The translations under genes were made by a program, and so were the position numbers. The notes under the pieces are model-generated. The model was not told where the DNA came from, did no database searches, and saw nothing but the letters and a program-made list of their open reading frames with translations. DNA of 63,466 bases, counting the filler, from Intoshia linei (Eukaryota > Animalia > Orthonectida), in the NCBI GenBank assembly GCA_001642005.1. It is 7 parts of 7 records of this genome, joined end to end, with 100 filler letters (N's around TTAATTAATTAA, not from the genome) between each part and the next. Parts side by side here need not be neighbours in the genome. Positions count along the whole stretch, not along the records: positions 51,251 to 59,199 come from LWCA01001502.1; positions 59,300 to 61,353 come from LWCA01002432.1; positions 61,454 to 63,466 come from LWCA01002428.1; 4 more parts are not named here. One strand, 5' to 3'. How positions within the stretch are numbered: the stretch's first letter is position 1; every line of letters begins with the position of its first letter. Shown here piece after piece: positions 51,491-63,466 of this stretch.

Positions 51491-54400
51491 AACATTCCAA
51501 TCTGCTAAAGGTAAAACGACATGCATTAACTGCACTGAAGGATACTATTGTACTGGTGGAAATGATCCGGTACAATGTCCAAAAGTAATATAATATAAAT
51601 ATATTAAATTTTGTAATACTGTACAACTTTTTTGAGCTTAATCATAAACATGAAAATAGTATTTCAGAATTAATTATAATTATGATTAATTAATATTGTT
51701 TCAATTAGAAAGGTAGTACGGTAATATAAATTCTACTGTAAAATTAATAAATAATCATAAAATTTATATCTATTAAATTAATATATTAATTAGGGAAAAT
51801 ACTGTCCTACAAAGACGTCGGCCAATATTCCGTTTTGTCCAGTCGGCACCTATAATCCGTCATTTGGTATAATAATTTTATTGTAACTAATTCGGTATAA
51901 CATATAATGTATTATCATTTTGCAGGCAAAAAAGCCATTACTGATTGTTTGAAATGTAAAGCTAAATATTATTGTAATAAACCCGGACTTATCGATTTTG
52001 ATACTGTTACAGCAGACTATGGAATATACAAATGTGCTGCAGGATATTACTGCGTTTCGGGTATTTGTGATAATTATAAAATAATTGAATATGTCTCATT
52101 GGTGGTAACTAAAACCAAATAACACAATGAATAATACTGACACTAATCTGATAATTTTTTCTTAGTTGATGAACAAATATAGGTATATTGTACATTGTTT
52201 AATGTAAAAGTTATCTTTATCAAGTGGTACATTCGTTTTTTCAATTATCCAAAATTGGAGATTGAAATTGTGTATATTACAAAAATATACACATTTTTGT
52301 AAATTTGTGCTGACCTTGTGTTTACACAATTATATTTCATGAACTATAAAATCAAGACTTAAAAGATGATGAATTAATTTGATTCCGACTATCGCAAAAT
52401 AAATATAATAATAAATTATATTAATTGTATATATTGTACCTCTGTATAGGTAATTATTTCGGTAATCCTCCAATTTCAACATCTTCAATAGTTGGTCAAG
52501 AATGCCCAAAAGGTTATGTATGGTAAGTTTCAAAAATCATTGGAATAATTACATAAACTATTAAGTAAATAATATTAAAGAATAATTTTACCTATGCATA
52601 ATTTTTAATAGCCCAGAAGGAACAGAAACACCTGTACCTTGTCCAAAGGGTAAATACCGAAATAATGTTCGAGGTGTAGATATTACTCAAGATTGTTACG
52701 CATGTCCACCCAGCAGATACTGTGACACGGCTGGTACAGTTGATCCGATAAATAAATGCGACGGAGGATATTATTGTACTAGCGGTAGCGATTCAGCGGC
52801 TCCAACAGGTTAATTAAATTTTATCTATTATGTTGTATTAATTAAAAATTAGTTGTTGCCATGGGAGGAATATGCGGAAAAGGCACCTATTGTACGATTG
52901 GTTCAAGGGAACCAACTGATTGGTATACCATATTATGAAACTCAATTAAATTAGTTAATTATTATGATTATAAATGTGTATATTGAAAATAAATTTAGCC
53001 AACCTGGAACATATGGGGATGTCACCGGTCTTTCAGTTTGTAAACAATGTCCTGCAGGGTATCGTCGCAGCTAATATAATTTTATAATATTTTAGATATT
53101 TTTGTCCAAGAAAAACTTCAGAATATGTATGTTTTATTGTATATATAAATATAATTATATTGAAATATTTTACTATATATTAATACATTTTTAATACACG
53201 TATTATATAAGCGGTTCTGATATATTTTCAATAAAATTTAGCCTAATATAAATTCTTAATTGTATACCAATAATTAGAACCTATTTTGGTAATTTATGTT
53301 CTATTCAGTAATTTGAATCAACAGATCACAAAAATTAATTTATTAATATATTATGTATTACCATTATTTATGATTAATATTTTACAATAGTTATCAAATC
53401 GATGTGCCATAGGTCATTATTGCCCTGCAGGTTCGAAATTTTAATTATAATTAATAATTAATTATTTATTTTTATATTTTAATTTATGTAGGGACACACT
53501 ATAGTACTCAATATAAATGCCCGATTGGGACATTCAGAGCTACAGATAAAGGCACATCGGTTAATGATTGCACATCATGTACTGCTGGAAAATATTGTGA
53601 ATCTGAGGGATTAGCACAACCCACTGGGTGTTGCGATGCCGGTTAGTTCTATTATAAATATCATTTTAAGATCTCAGTTAACGGTATTTTTTAAACTTGA
53701 AAATTATAATTATGGAATAACAACCAAGTAACAATTTAAGAGTAGTTTATATCTATTTTTATAGTTGTGAATAATGAATAAAATAAAATTAACGTTTAAA
53801 GTAAAAGTTTATTAACAGTACAAACTATACAATTGAAACTAAGAAAATTATGAAATTTTTAATATAATTTAATAATTAATAATTAAGATTTTTACTCGCC
53901 ATCTAAACCTTTGGTGTGTACAAATTCGAAATTTTTATATTTTAAATATTATTATGTGTAAAATTCAGGATATTATTGCATCAAAGGATCTCACACCAAA
54001 AAACCAAAAAATATAATATCGCAAAAACCAGTTGGTAGTACGTGTTCAACTTCTATTGGAGATATATGTCCAATTGGATCAATATGTGCAGCGTGTTCGT
54101 CTTTACCTCAGTTATGTCCAACTGGAAAATATTGTGCATCGCAGGGTATATTCAATATTATTATATCATATAAATAATAAATTATCATATACATTATTAT
54201 TATATATATTATTATAATATACATATATTATTATGTATTTAAATTATAATTATGAAATAACTACTAATTATAATTTATTTATAATATATTTACTAAATGT
54301 AGGACTTACAACACCCTCTGGTAATTGTGATGCCGGTTATTACTGTGTATCTGGATCAAAAACTAAAGATCCAATTGATGGAGTGACTGGAAACATTTGT

Positions 54401-57400
54401 AAATCAGGCCATTATTGCAGTAATTAATTAAATAATAATATTACGTTATATTTTCAATACATATCTTTATTATAAATTTACTTTATATTAGTTATAATTA
54501 ATATAATCAATGATGATCATTCGTTATAATGAGAAATTAGGTACTGGCACAACTACTACACTATCAAAGTGTCCAATCGGTACATTTTTACCGACAACCG
54601 GTAACACTCAATTATCAAATTGTAAATCATGTCCAAGTGGAAAATATTGTGCAACCACAGGGTTGTCAGCTGTTACTGGAAACTGTAAAGAAGGTAAATT
54701 GTCAAATAAAATATACATAAATACATAAAATATATCCTTACATATATAAAAGTATATTTTGAAATGTATAATTATTTATGATATAACTAGGTTGACTGTT
54801 ATATCACATTACTTTTTACTTTAAAATGAATTATTCTATCTTAATTTATTGTTTGTTAAGATTTACGTAAAGAATTTTAAAAAAAATTGTTATCCCATTT
54901 TTTTAATTTATTAGACAAAATGTGTGTATAATATTAAAAATTAAGTAAAAACACTCAAATTCTAAAAATTGTCATAAATAGCATAAATTCCAGAAAAAAT
55001 AAAATTATAAAAACCTATTTTGTTATTTTAAATGTGATATATATTCAGTAGTACTGAATCAGTACCAATTTAATAAATACTTAAAAATACCAATTATGTA
55101 TCAATAATTAACGGAATCAGCATTTTATAAACATATTTCAGGTGAATTTTACTAATATTGCAGATGATTGTAATAAATATAAAAATGATAATAACAAAGT
55201 TGTATTACTTTTAGTAATCGTTGTTGTAGTGTTAATTTAAATTAAATTTAATTTAAACAAACTGTTTTGGAAATGAAAATTTGAGATTTAAAAATTGCCT
55301 AGCAATGAAAAAAATTCCGAAGGAATGAATTATATAGATTTTCACCCATATTTCTTTACTGGAAATGTGTTAAGGTTCAATCCACACTTTTTTTGAAATT
55401 TTAGGATCAATGTTTACATTTTCAATTTTTATTTTAATCGAAATATTTGAAAAATGTTAGTTGATAATATATTAAAAATTATTTTTCACCGGGAATGTGT
55501 AGATTTCTGGTGTTGAAATTTTGTATTTATATCAAATGGAATAAGCTCTATCTGAATAATTTTTTTTTTATTTTTCAGACCGTTAATTATTTCACATTTT
55601 TTGTTTTAATAAAATATTTCGGAAATAAATATATATGAATACTAAAATGCTTTTTTGACCGTGAAGTCGTCACTTATTCGGATAAAAATTTTTTATTTGT
55701 GTTAACAGGATACAACTGTACCACCTGTAAATTTTTTGAAATTTTAGGGCTGTTTTCATTAAAAAAAGAAGGGTAATTTGTGGTTTTGGCCCTGAAGATA
55801 TAATTTTTTTAAATATAAATTTATGATAATTTTTATGATTTTAAAATCCGCATCAGCGTATATATTTAAATTTAAATAATTTATTTCATTAATTTTATAA
55901 ATTTTCCAACTCGTTTGATTTTCAAAAAGAGGGAAAACTGGAGTTTTTGTCCCGTAACATGTGAAATTTTGGAGGGTGGAATTTATTTTATTATACGTCC
56001 CGGAAAAAACTGTAATTGAAATGATGTCTTTAAAAAATTCTAAGACCGGTAGTTATTTCAATAAAGTCACACACACAGACACACACACACACACAAACAA
56101 AAATCGCGTAACATATTATATAAGTTAGGATATTTCTTGTTAAAAAATAGCCAATCCCAAACTTTGTATAGCAATTGAGTATGTTTATACATATGTAATT
56201 TAGTTATATATACAAGTACATATAATTTTTATGTACAGTGATCATTTTGGTCTGTCACTATATACTTATGTTTGTAATCTTTAATGAAATGGGTGTATTT
56301 CTATTTAAATATCTTTAAATTACATGAAAGGTTAAAACATGACCAAATAAAATGCAAATACTTTAACGAAATAATTTAGGATATTATTGTCCAACTGGAT
56401 CTAAAGTAGCTACAGAGAAAACATGCAGTCGAGGTTTTAAATGCTTATTTAATTAAATAATATAATACTTTGAGCCACGTTTTTCTACCTCATTTAAATC
56501 TTTTTTCTAATATTCCAGTAAATATTTATATCTGGTCACAACTTGTGACACAGAAGTAATGAGTCATGGCTAGTTCTCCCTCTAATTTTGCAATATATTG
56601 GAAATTACATCTGCACATAATATCAATGTTTCTGAACCTTTTTTTCATTGGGGCGCACTTTGAAGCAATTAAAAAATTTCGCGCACCAGCATATAAAAAA
56701 ATAGTAAAATATTATATTTATTTATTACATACTGAAAATATTTATTATAGTATTAGATTTAGCTAGGTAAATCTGTAAATTTAAAAAAAATTAAACTAAA
56801 AATTTGATTTAATTAACCCTTAATGAATTTTTTGTTGGGCACAAATAAAATATACTGGGATGCACCGTTTCGGAGACATTGCATAATGAAATCTTCATTG
56901 ATTTGTGTAATACATAAAATTTTTACCATTATATCTCAGTCAAACCTGATAAAAATCAAGTTTAATCAGGGATGCTCAACCTTTTTAAACCTATGATTAT
57001 ATAAGCATTTTAGTTTATATAACATATTATATATTCTATTATTCTGGACTAGTGCATAATTTTCAGTAGCCAAAATGCATTTTAACTACATTTATAAATA
57101 TATTCTTTAATCTTATCTCACTTGTGACAAATTTGTTGTAAGTGTGAGTGTTGTAACAATTGAGTACTAAACATTACACAATACATAAAAATAAGTAAAA
57201 ATAAATACAATGTAGTGTAAAAATATTAAAGTAAGAATTTTATTGTATCTTTAAATCTGTCATCACCAAATTATTAAAATATCACCAAAATTTTTCAGTG
57301 GACCCTGGGGGCATAGCTGGTTTAAATGAATTATTGAATTGCCAATTAATAACGAGATTAGACTTTGAACTATCATAATAATTAAAAATTTATACATTTT

Positions 57401-59021
57401 ATTATTTACAGGTCATTATTGTCCAACCGGAAGTACTATTGAAGTAATATTTCTATATTTAATATATATGACACGGTTATTAATTTTATTAGATTGAATG
57501 TGATATTGGTTATTATCAAGACAATCCTACACAAAATGTGTGTAAATTATGTTCAGCAGGTTTATTATATATTATTTATTGATAAATGAAAAATAATAAT
57601 ATGGTATTTGAATTAATTTTTTTATTAGGGTCATATACCGACGTAAAAAAAGCAGAAAGTTGCAAACCTTGTCCAGAAAAATATTTTTGTCAAAACGGTA
57701 AAAAAAATCGTTGTTCAGTAGGTCACTATTGTCCTCAATCTACCCCAACTGAAGTTGCATGTCCCAAGGGAACATTTTCATCTACGCCATGGTTAGCATC
57801 GCTGGATAAGTGTACTGATTGTAAACCAGGTACGTTTTGCGGTAGTACTGCCTTAACTAAAGTTACTGGACCTTGTAATGGTGGATATTTTTGCAAAAGT
57901 AATTATTTTAAAAACTTAATAAATTAATTTATAATTTACTATTACAATTGTATTTGAATTTTCATCTGATTTTTCAAGTTCGAATTTATATTGAAAATGT
58001 TTAATATGTCCGATTAAATAATTATTTTTAAAATTGATTATTACTTCGATAAAATGTAATTTAGCCGGAGTGGATTCAGCTACACCAGATGGAGTTACAA
58101 ATACTGGAACGGGAGGTTTAATTATCAAATCATCAATTATTAATTATAAATACAGTCAATTATGTCGAAAAATCATTGTTGATTGTTCAAAATAATCAAT
58201 ATTCATATCTATAAATTTTTTTCATAAAAATCTCTAACGTATATCTATTAAAAAATTTAAATGTTAATGTTCATATAGGGCAGATTCAACTGTATATAGT
58301 ATTATATCGTTCAATACCTCTCATAAAGCAATATAATTATCAATAAATTTGAGTCTTATACAAGGCCATGGGTAACAGCGAGCCGGGTGGTTTGAAAATT
58401 GGCAGCCTACATAAAAATTAAAAAACTATTTTGTTTCTATTTTGTGTTATTTATTGTTTAACTTTTTTTTCCCGTTAGAATAAAAATTTTTTGTCACATT
58501 ACATTAAGTTAGAATAGTAGACTCCGCAATGATCGAAACCTCGTCATTTCGGGTGATTGCAATAGATAAAAATGAGTTTTTTTGTTTTGGAAATGTGTTT
58601 ATAAAAATATCGTAAAAACAAACGTATTTTAAAATCTCTTACGCCACACGAGTGTATCGTAATGCAGTTTTCGAATAACAAAATTTTATTTATATTATTT
58701 ATATATTTAGGAATATGTCGTGTTGGCTATTATTGTCCAATTGGCAGTTCAGATGAAATTTTATGTCCAGCTGGAACTTATAACGATGAAATATCAAAAA
58801 TCACCTGCAAATCTTGTGTAATCGGTATATTTTTAAATTAATTATATGTAAAATCATTTTTTTGACTTAATCCAATGGGTCTAGCAAAATTTCATTTACA
58901 TGTATATATTTAGGTTTTGCATGTCCTGTTGGAAGTTCATCATATATTGGTATTCCTTGTGATAAAGGTCATTATTGCCCAATTAACACTATATCAAAAA
59001 CAGAATATCCTTGTCCAATAG
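51491..59021 (+). CDS. Cys-rich repeat protein (GCC2/GCC3, ephrin-receptor-like repeats), internal portion, many small exons
   Basis: Repeated CPxGxYC / CxxGYYC units across more than 20 GT-AG exons, e.g. KCPIGTFLPTTGNTQLSNCKSCPSGKYCATTGLSAVTGNCKEGYYCPTGS. No start or stop within the contig. Confidence 0.88.
54787..56130 (-). mobile_element. Non-autonomous Helitron with both termini; 3' hairpin deleted
   Basis: a-CTAG-gttgactgttat is joined directly to atcacattac; the 5' end reads (CA)n...acatattatataagttagga-t. Confidence 0.85.
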
Positions 59022-59199
59022 GTATTTAATATTCACTGTTGATATCATCAAGTATACTTTTATGTTCTATTACATATTATATATAATTATATAAATAGTT
59101 CAGTATAACAATGTATACCATAATAATAGTAAAATACACATACATTATAAGTGTATTATATTATAATTATTAAATATATATATATATTATTATTTTATA

Positions 59200-59299
59200 N
59201 NNNNNNNNNNNNNNNNNNNNNNNNNNNNNNNNNNNNNNNNNNNTTAATTAATTAANNNNNNNNNNNNNNNNNNNNNNNNNNNNNNNNNNNNNNNNNNNN
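59200..59299. other. Assembly spacer
   Basis: 44 N + TTAATTAATTAA + 44 N. Confidence 0.98.
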
Positions 59300-60174
59300 A
59301 TATCAAGGTAACAGGAAACAATCAAGTAAGTACCCTAACTTGTTTAGTAGATAAAAGATCTAGAGTTATCATAATTAATAGGGATATTCTATTTAAGTTT
59401 CAGAATTGAGCTACACTAAAATTTTGTTAAAAAAACAACATTACTTATGAAACGACCTAATATACTATCCGTTCCATAATTATACTACAAAATCACCATG
59501 TACAGGTAGAATGTCAGCGTTGTTCCCATGTGAGTGTATCCACTCACCAAATGAATCCAGTAACTAGGTCTAACTCGCATGAGTTTCTAGTTGACACATA
59601 TTGTGTTGATTGGTACAAAAAAACTATGTACTATACACTGTGATATGAACTATGTACATACAAATATACCAGCAACAATTTATTTACCTAATAATGCAAT
59701 AAGAAATCATTTCACACAAATGTATACAGTAAATAATTATAAATGTGTAAATTGATTAGAAATATCTCTCCGGATGTACATGTAACATGCAGTAATTATA
59801 ATTTAGACTATTATTCTTTGGTGTTTGTACGTGATGAAAGATGTATAAACCTACACACTGAATATTTTTCGTATGCTGGGTTTATTAGGCGTAATTTTAT
59901 TGAACCAATGGTAAAAATGTTAGTAAGTATAGTGAACATGTTGATTTTAAAATTAATTAGTTTGACGGATAAACTATTAGAGATATTACTACCTTTGTTA
60001 TTACGTATTGATACGATAATAATGACAATAACAGCATTATATACTCTTTTATATTTTAAATCATATATTGTTGCGATATTTTTATCAATAATAGTGTATC
60101 TGTTATTTTTCTACCAGGCATCTTTTGGTATGTGTAGGAGTTGTAGAAACCACTTTTTTGTATGTAAAATGTGA
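59300..60174 (+). pseudogene. Decayed intronless glycoprotein-like ORF, possible endogenous viral element
   Basis: The 143-aa ORF 59743-60174 has an amphipathic helix and C-terminal hydrophobic segments. Upstream DNA gives a Cys/Tyr/Thr-rich reading with about four stops and one frameshift. Confidence 0.4.
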
Positions 60175-60256
60175 ACATTATATTATATTTTAAAATAATA
60201 TCCATCTACATAATATACTGAAAAATAAAATAAATCTACTTAATTTTATAAATATT

Positions 60257-61353
60257 ATGGCCAGGTTATCAAAATTCATTGGTGGAATTAAAAACTATAC
60301 CTACCATGGAACAAGTCTTAAGAAGAATACATGTGGTGCAGCAAATTAACAATGGATATAATTTGTCTTAGATAATTCCAATAATTGCTAATGAGGTATT
60401 TCATTGCTGGACTAAACAAAATATACCTGTTCAAAAACGTAAAGCTATCGTAAAAAGAATTCATTCTCTTTATAAAAAAAAAATTATATAGAATGTAAGG
60501 ATTTATTTGATGTGATCACATCCAAACCTGAATTCAAAACACCTCTAAATAAAGTATACTACAATAATCAAAAAAAAGGTATTGGTTATTGTACTACATC
60601 AATTGTTGAATATAAAATACATCCTTCTAAAAGATTAAAAAGTGATAATGATATACCGGGATTATCCGAATGTATTGACACATTTAATAAAAATAATGAT
60701 TACGTAAAAATACAATCTAATTCTCTTGATTCATTTAGTAAAAACATTAAAAAAGATAGAATATCTACAGATTTGGCTGAATAATTACGTGCAAAGGCAA
60801 ATCTGTCATTATCTCAAACTATCATTGTACATGATGTTATGTATAATAAATTCGAAAATGATCGAATGAAACCACCAACACAGAACGCATTGAATAATTG
60901 TACTATAAAAAAGGCAAAAGCAAATAAGCCATGTGTAAGTGATTATGGTGTCTTACAATTCAATGGTAAAAAATATTACAATTTATATGGCCAAAAAAGA
61001 CATTCTGGCAATCTGTTTTGATGAAAAATTGATAGGATTTGTTGAAATACCCAACAAATCCGCATATATTATATCTGAAAAAATATTGTCAATATTAAAA
61101 CATTACAAATTATCTCCTATAAATATAGTCACTGACACTGAGCCTACAAATACAGGATATAAAAATGGCGTTATCGTTCGATTACAACGAGTATACTCCG
61201 ATTGCACATATTCTCCATGTCCAAATTACATATCCTTGATCTTATTTTAAAATATCAATTCATTAATATATTTTCCAATGTAACCGTAGGTCCAAATTGT
61301 CAATATAAATTCGTAAATAAATTGCATAATAATTGGAAAACATTTCAAATATT
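60257..61353 (+). mobile_element. DDE transposase pseudogene, hAT-related (possibly hATm-like)
   Basis: IANEVFHCWTKQNIPV...IVKRIHSLY, LQFNGK, EKLIGFVEIP, IVTDTEPTNTGYKNGVIVRLQ and C..HILDLILK, spread across frameshifted ORFs. Confidence 0.7.
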
Positions 61354-61453
61354 NNNNNNNNNNNNNNNNNNNNNNNNNNNNNNNNNNNNNNNNNNNNTTA
61401 ATTAATTAANNNNNNNNNNNNNNNNNNNNNNNNNNNNNNNNNNNNNNNNNNNN
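61354..61453. other. Assembly spacer
   Basis: 44 N + TTAATTAATTAA + 44 N. Confidence 0.98.
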
Positions 61454-62137
61454 TTTTGAAATTGTAGGATCAATATTTACATTTTCATTTTGTATTTTAA
61501 TCGAAATTATTGAAAAATATTGGTTAATAATATATTAAAAATTATTTTTCATCGGGAAGGTGTAGATTTCTCGGGTTGAACTTTTGTATTTATATTAACT
61601 AGAATAAGCTCTATCAGAATAATCTTTTTTTTAATTATTTCACATTTTTTGTTTTAATAAAATATTTTGGAAAAAAAATATATAAATACTAAAATGTTTT
61701 TTTGACCGTGAAGTCGTCACTTATTCGGATTGAAATTTTTTGTAGGTGTTAACAGAATACAAGTGTATTATCTATAAATTGTTTGAAATTCTAGGGCTGT
61801 TTTAATTAAAAAAAAATAAATAATTTGAGGTTTTAATTTTGAAGATATAATTTTTATAAATTTAAATTGATGATAATGTTTATGATTTTAAAATCCGTAT
61901 CAGCGTATATATTTTTTTAAATTTTCCAACTCGTTTAATTTTCAAAAAGAGGACAATTGGGGTTTTTGACACGTAAGATGTGAGTTTGGCAGGTAAAATA
62001 ATGTTTGCGAATACCCTGAGAAAAAACTGTTATTGAAATGTTGAATTTATAAAAATCTAAGAAGGGGAGTTATTTAAATAGAGATGAACACACACACACA
62101 CAAACAATAATCGCGTAGCATATTATATAAGTCAAGA
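61454..62137 (-). mobile_element. Helitron family copy, 5' half, cut by the gap
   Basis: (CA)n aacaataatcgcgtagcatattatataagtcaaga-t terminus; the interior matches the other copies. Confidence 0.85.
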
Positions 62138-62144
62138 TATTTAG

Positions 62145-63466
62145 TTTGGACAGTAACGACAAAATAATGACATTTAAAAAAGATGGAACCTTACTAATAA
62201 ATTTTTCAAATCAATTAAATCAAATTGTTAAAGATGTAAAACGAATTATATTCTGTGGATTTAAAATACCTCAAAATATTTTAGAATTGGCGGAATTTGC
62301 AAAAAGTTTGCATAGTTATGCAATTAAATTGAAACAGGTATTAAATGTACTCATTAAAGATTTTATGAGTGTTTATCAAATGATGCTCGTCGACCCAAAA
62401 GGGGTCTGCGACAAAAATTGCTAAAAATATTCAAATATAAGGTTCTTCTTTCTTGCATACTACAACAGAATTAGAGCCAAGATACTTAACTTATTAATAT
62501 CATCAAATAAACCACTTATAAAATTTTTTTTGAGTATATGATATTGTAAATGCAAGATTGATAAAAAAATTAATTAATACTTTTAGATTTGTCACTTTTA
62601 TAATACCATTCGTTTACAAATGAACACATTTCAAGAATTTCTAATGTTAAATGCAGCAATTCAGTTTGAAAATATAATTATCAAAAGTTACTATGTATTT
62701 ATTAATACAATTATTATTTTATCTGATATACATATGTATTATAATTATAAATAATTATATTGACTGTAACGACTACATACAATTAGGACCTAGATCTGCC
62801 AATGGCAAATTTTTATTCTACCAAAAAAATAAATTCACTTTGAAAATCTAAATTAAAAATCCTATTATTTATTATTATTAAACCTTTAAAGGAGTGGTTC
62901 CCAAATTTGTTTCAGGTGGAACCATCATATAACATTAATTTGTACTTTTAAGTGAATTATTCCATCTTAAAATCAATTGTTATCTCATTTTTTTAATTTA
63001 TTAGACAGAATGTGATCATAATATTAAAAATAGAGTAATTTTAATTTTAAACAAAATGTTTTGAAAATAAGATTTAAAAATTGCGTAGCAATCAAAAAAA
63101 TTCCGAAGGAATGCATAGTTTACAACGTGGCAGTTTGCAATGTAGAATAATGCTATTTTCGCTTTTATTCCTAGAGATTATAATTATTATATTTTTTTAT
63201 TAGACAAAGAAACAAAAACAATCACATGGAATGATAAAAATAGTGTAGAAAAATATATACAAAGACTGCAATCTCATGCACAAAGTTTAATACAAATTAA
63301 CCAAAAATTAATAAACATAAACAAACGCTTAGAAGAGAAGGTATCAATGAATAAAAAAATAATTTTATTTTAATATTTTCAGATTGAAAATTTAAAAACT
63401 GTAGGATTGTTGGATAATCAAAAAAAATGGAAGGACACAGTTTATGGAATTAGACATTCGTTATTA
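62145..63466 (+). CDS. DYNC2H1: Cytoplasmic dynein 2 heavy chain, internal exons of the N-terminal tail
   Basis: LLINFSNQLNQIVKDVKRI..GFKIPQNI...AIKLKQ / ICHFYNTI..QM..Q..LML..A.QFENII / ITWND...EKYIQRLQ..A..L / LLDNQKKWKD is collinear with DYNC2H1. Confidence 0.9.
62760..63112 (-). mobile_element. Degraded Helitron 3' portion
   Basis: ttgactgt...cctagatctgcc...aaataaattcactttgaaaatcta...ggagtggttcccaaatttgtttcaggtggaacc. Confidence 0.7.

Overview
This is a very AT-rich animal genomic window with many 35-60 nt introns. That pattern is compatible with a compact lophotrochozoan genome such as the orthonectid Intoshia, but the species is inferred, not proven. Six identical 100-bp spacers (44 N + TTAATTAATTAA + 44 N) split it into seven contigs, and several genes are cut off at these joins. 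Recognisable genes: MICU1 (partial), a quiver/Ly6-type GPI-anchored protein, an MLF-family gene, the 3' end of G-alpha-o, a low-complexity hypothetical protein, RBX1 head-to-head with XPF/ERCC4, the C-terminal part of a giant protein, CEP131, a Cys-rich GCC2/GCC3 (ephrin-receptor-like) repeat gene, and part of DYNC2H1. Introns and intergenic DNA are full of transposon material: about ten copies or fragments of one non-autonomous Helitron family, many hAT-type MITEs, and Tigger/pogo, Tc1, mariner, hAT, LTR gag-pro and Crypton-like remnants. Most notable: (1) small TIR elements stacked at one TTTAAGC site inside a host MITE, seen with 0, 1 and 2 inserts; (2) a Helitron whose empty site is also present in the window; (3) a same-strand train of unrelated TE fragments ending in a Helitron 3' terminus; (4) a decayed, possibly viral, glycoprotein-like ORF. 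All homology calls come from recognising hand-translated sequence; no searches were run.
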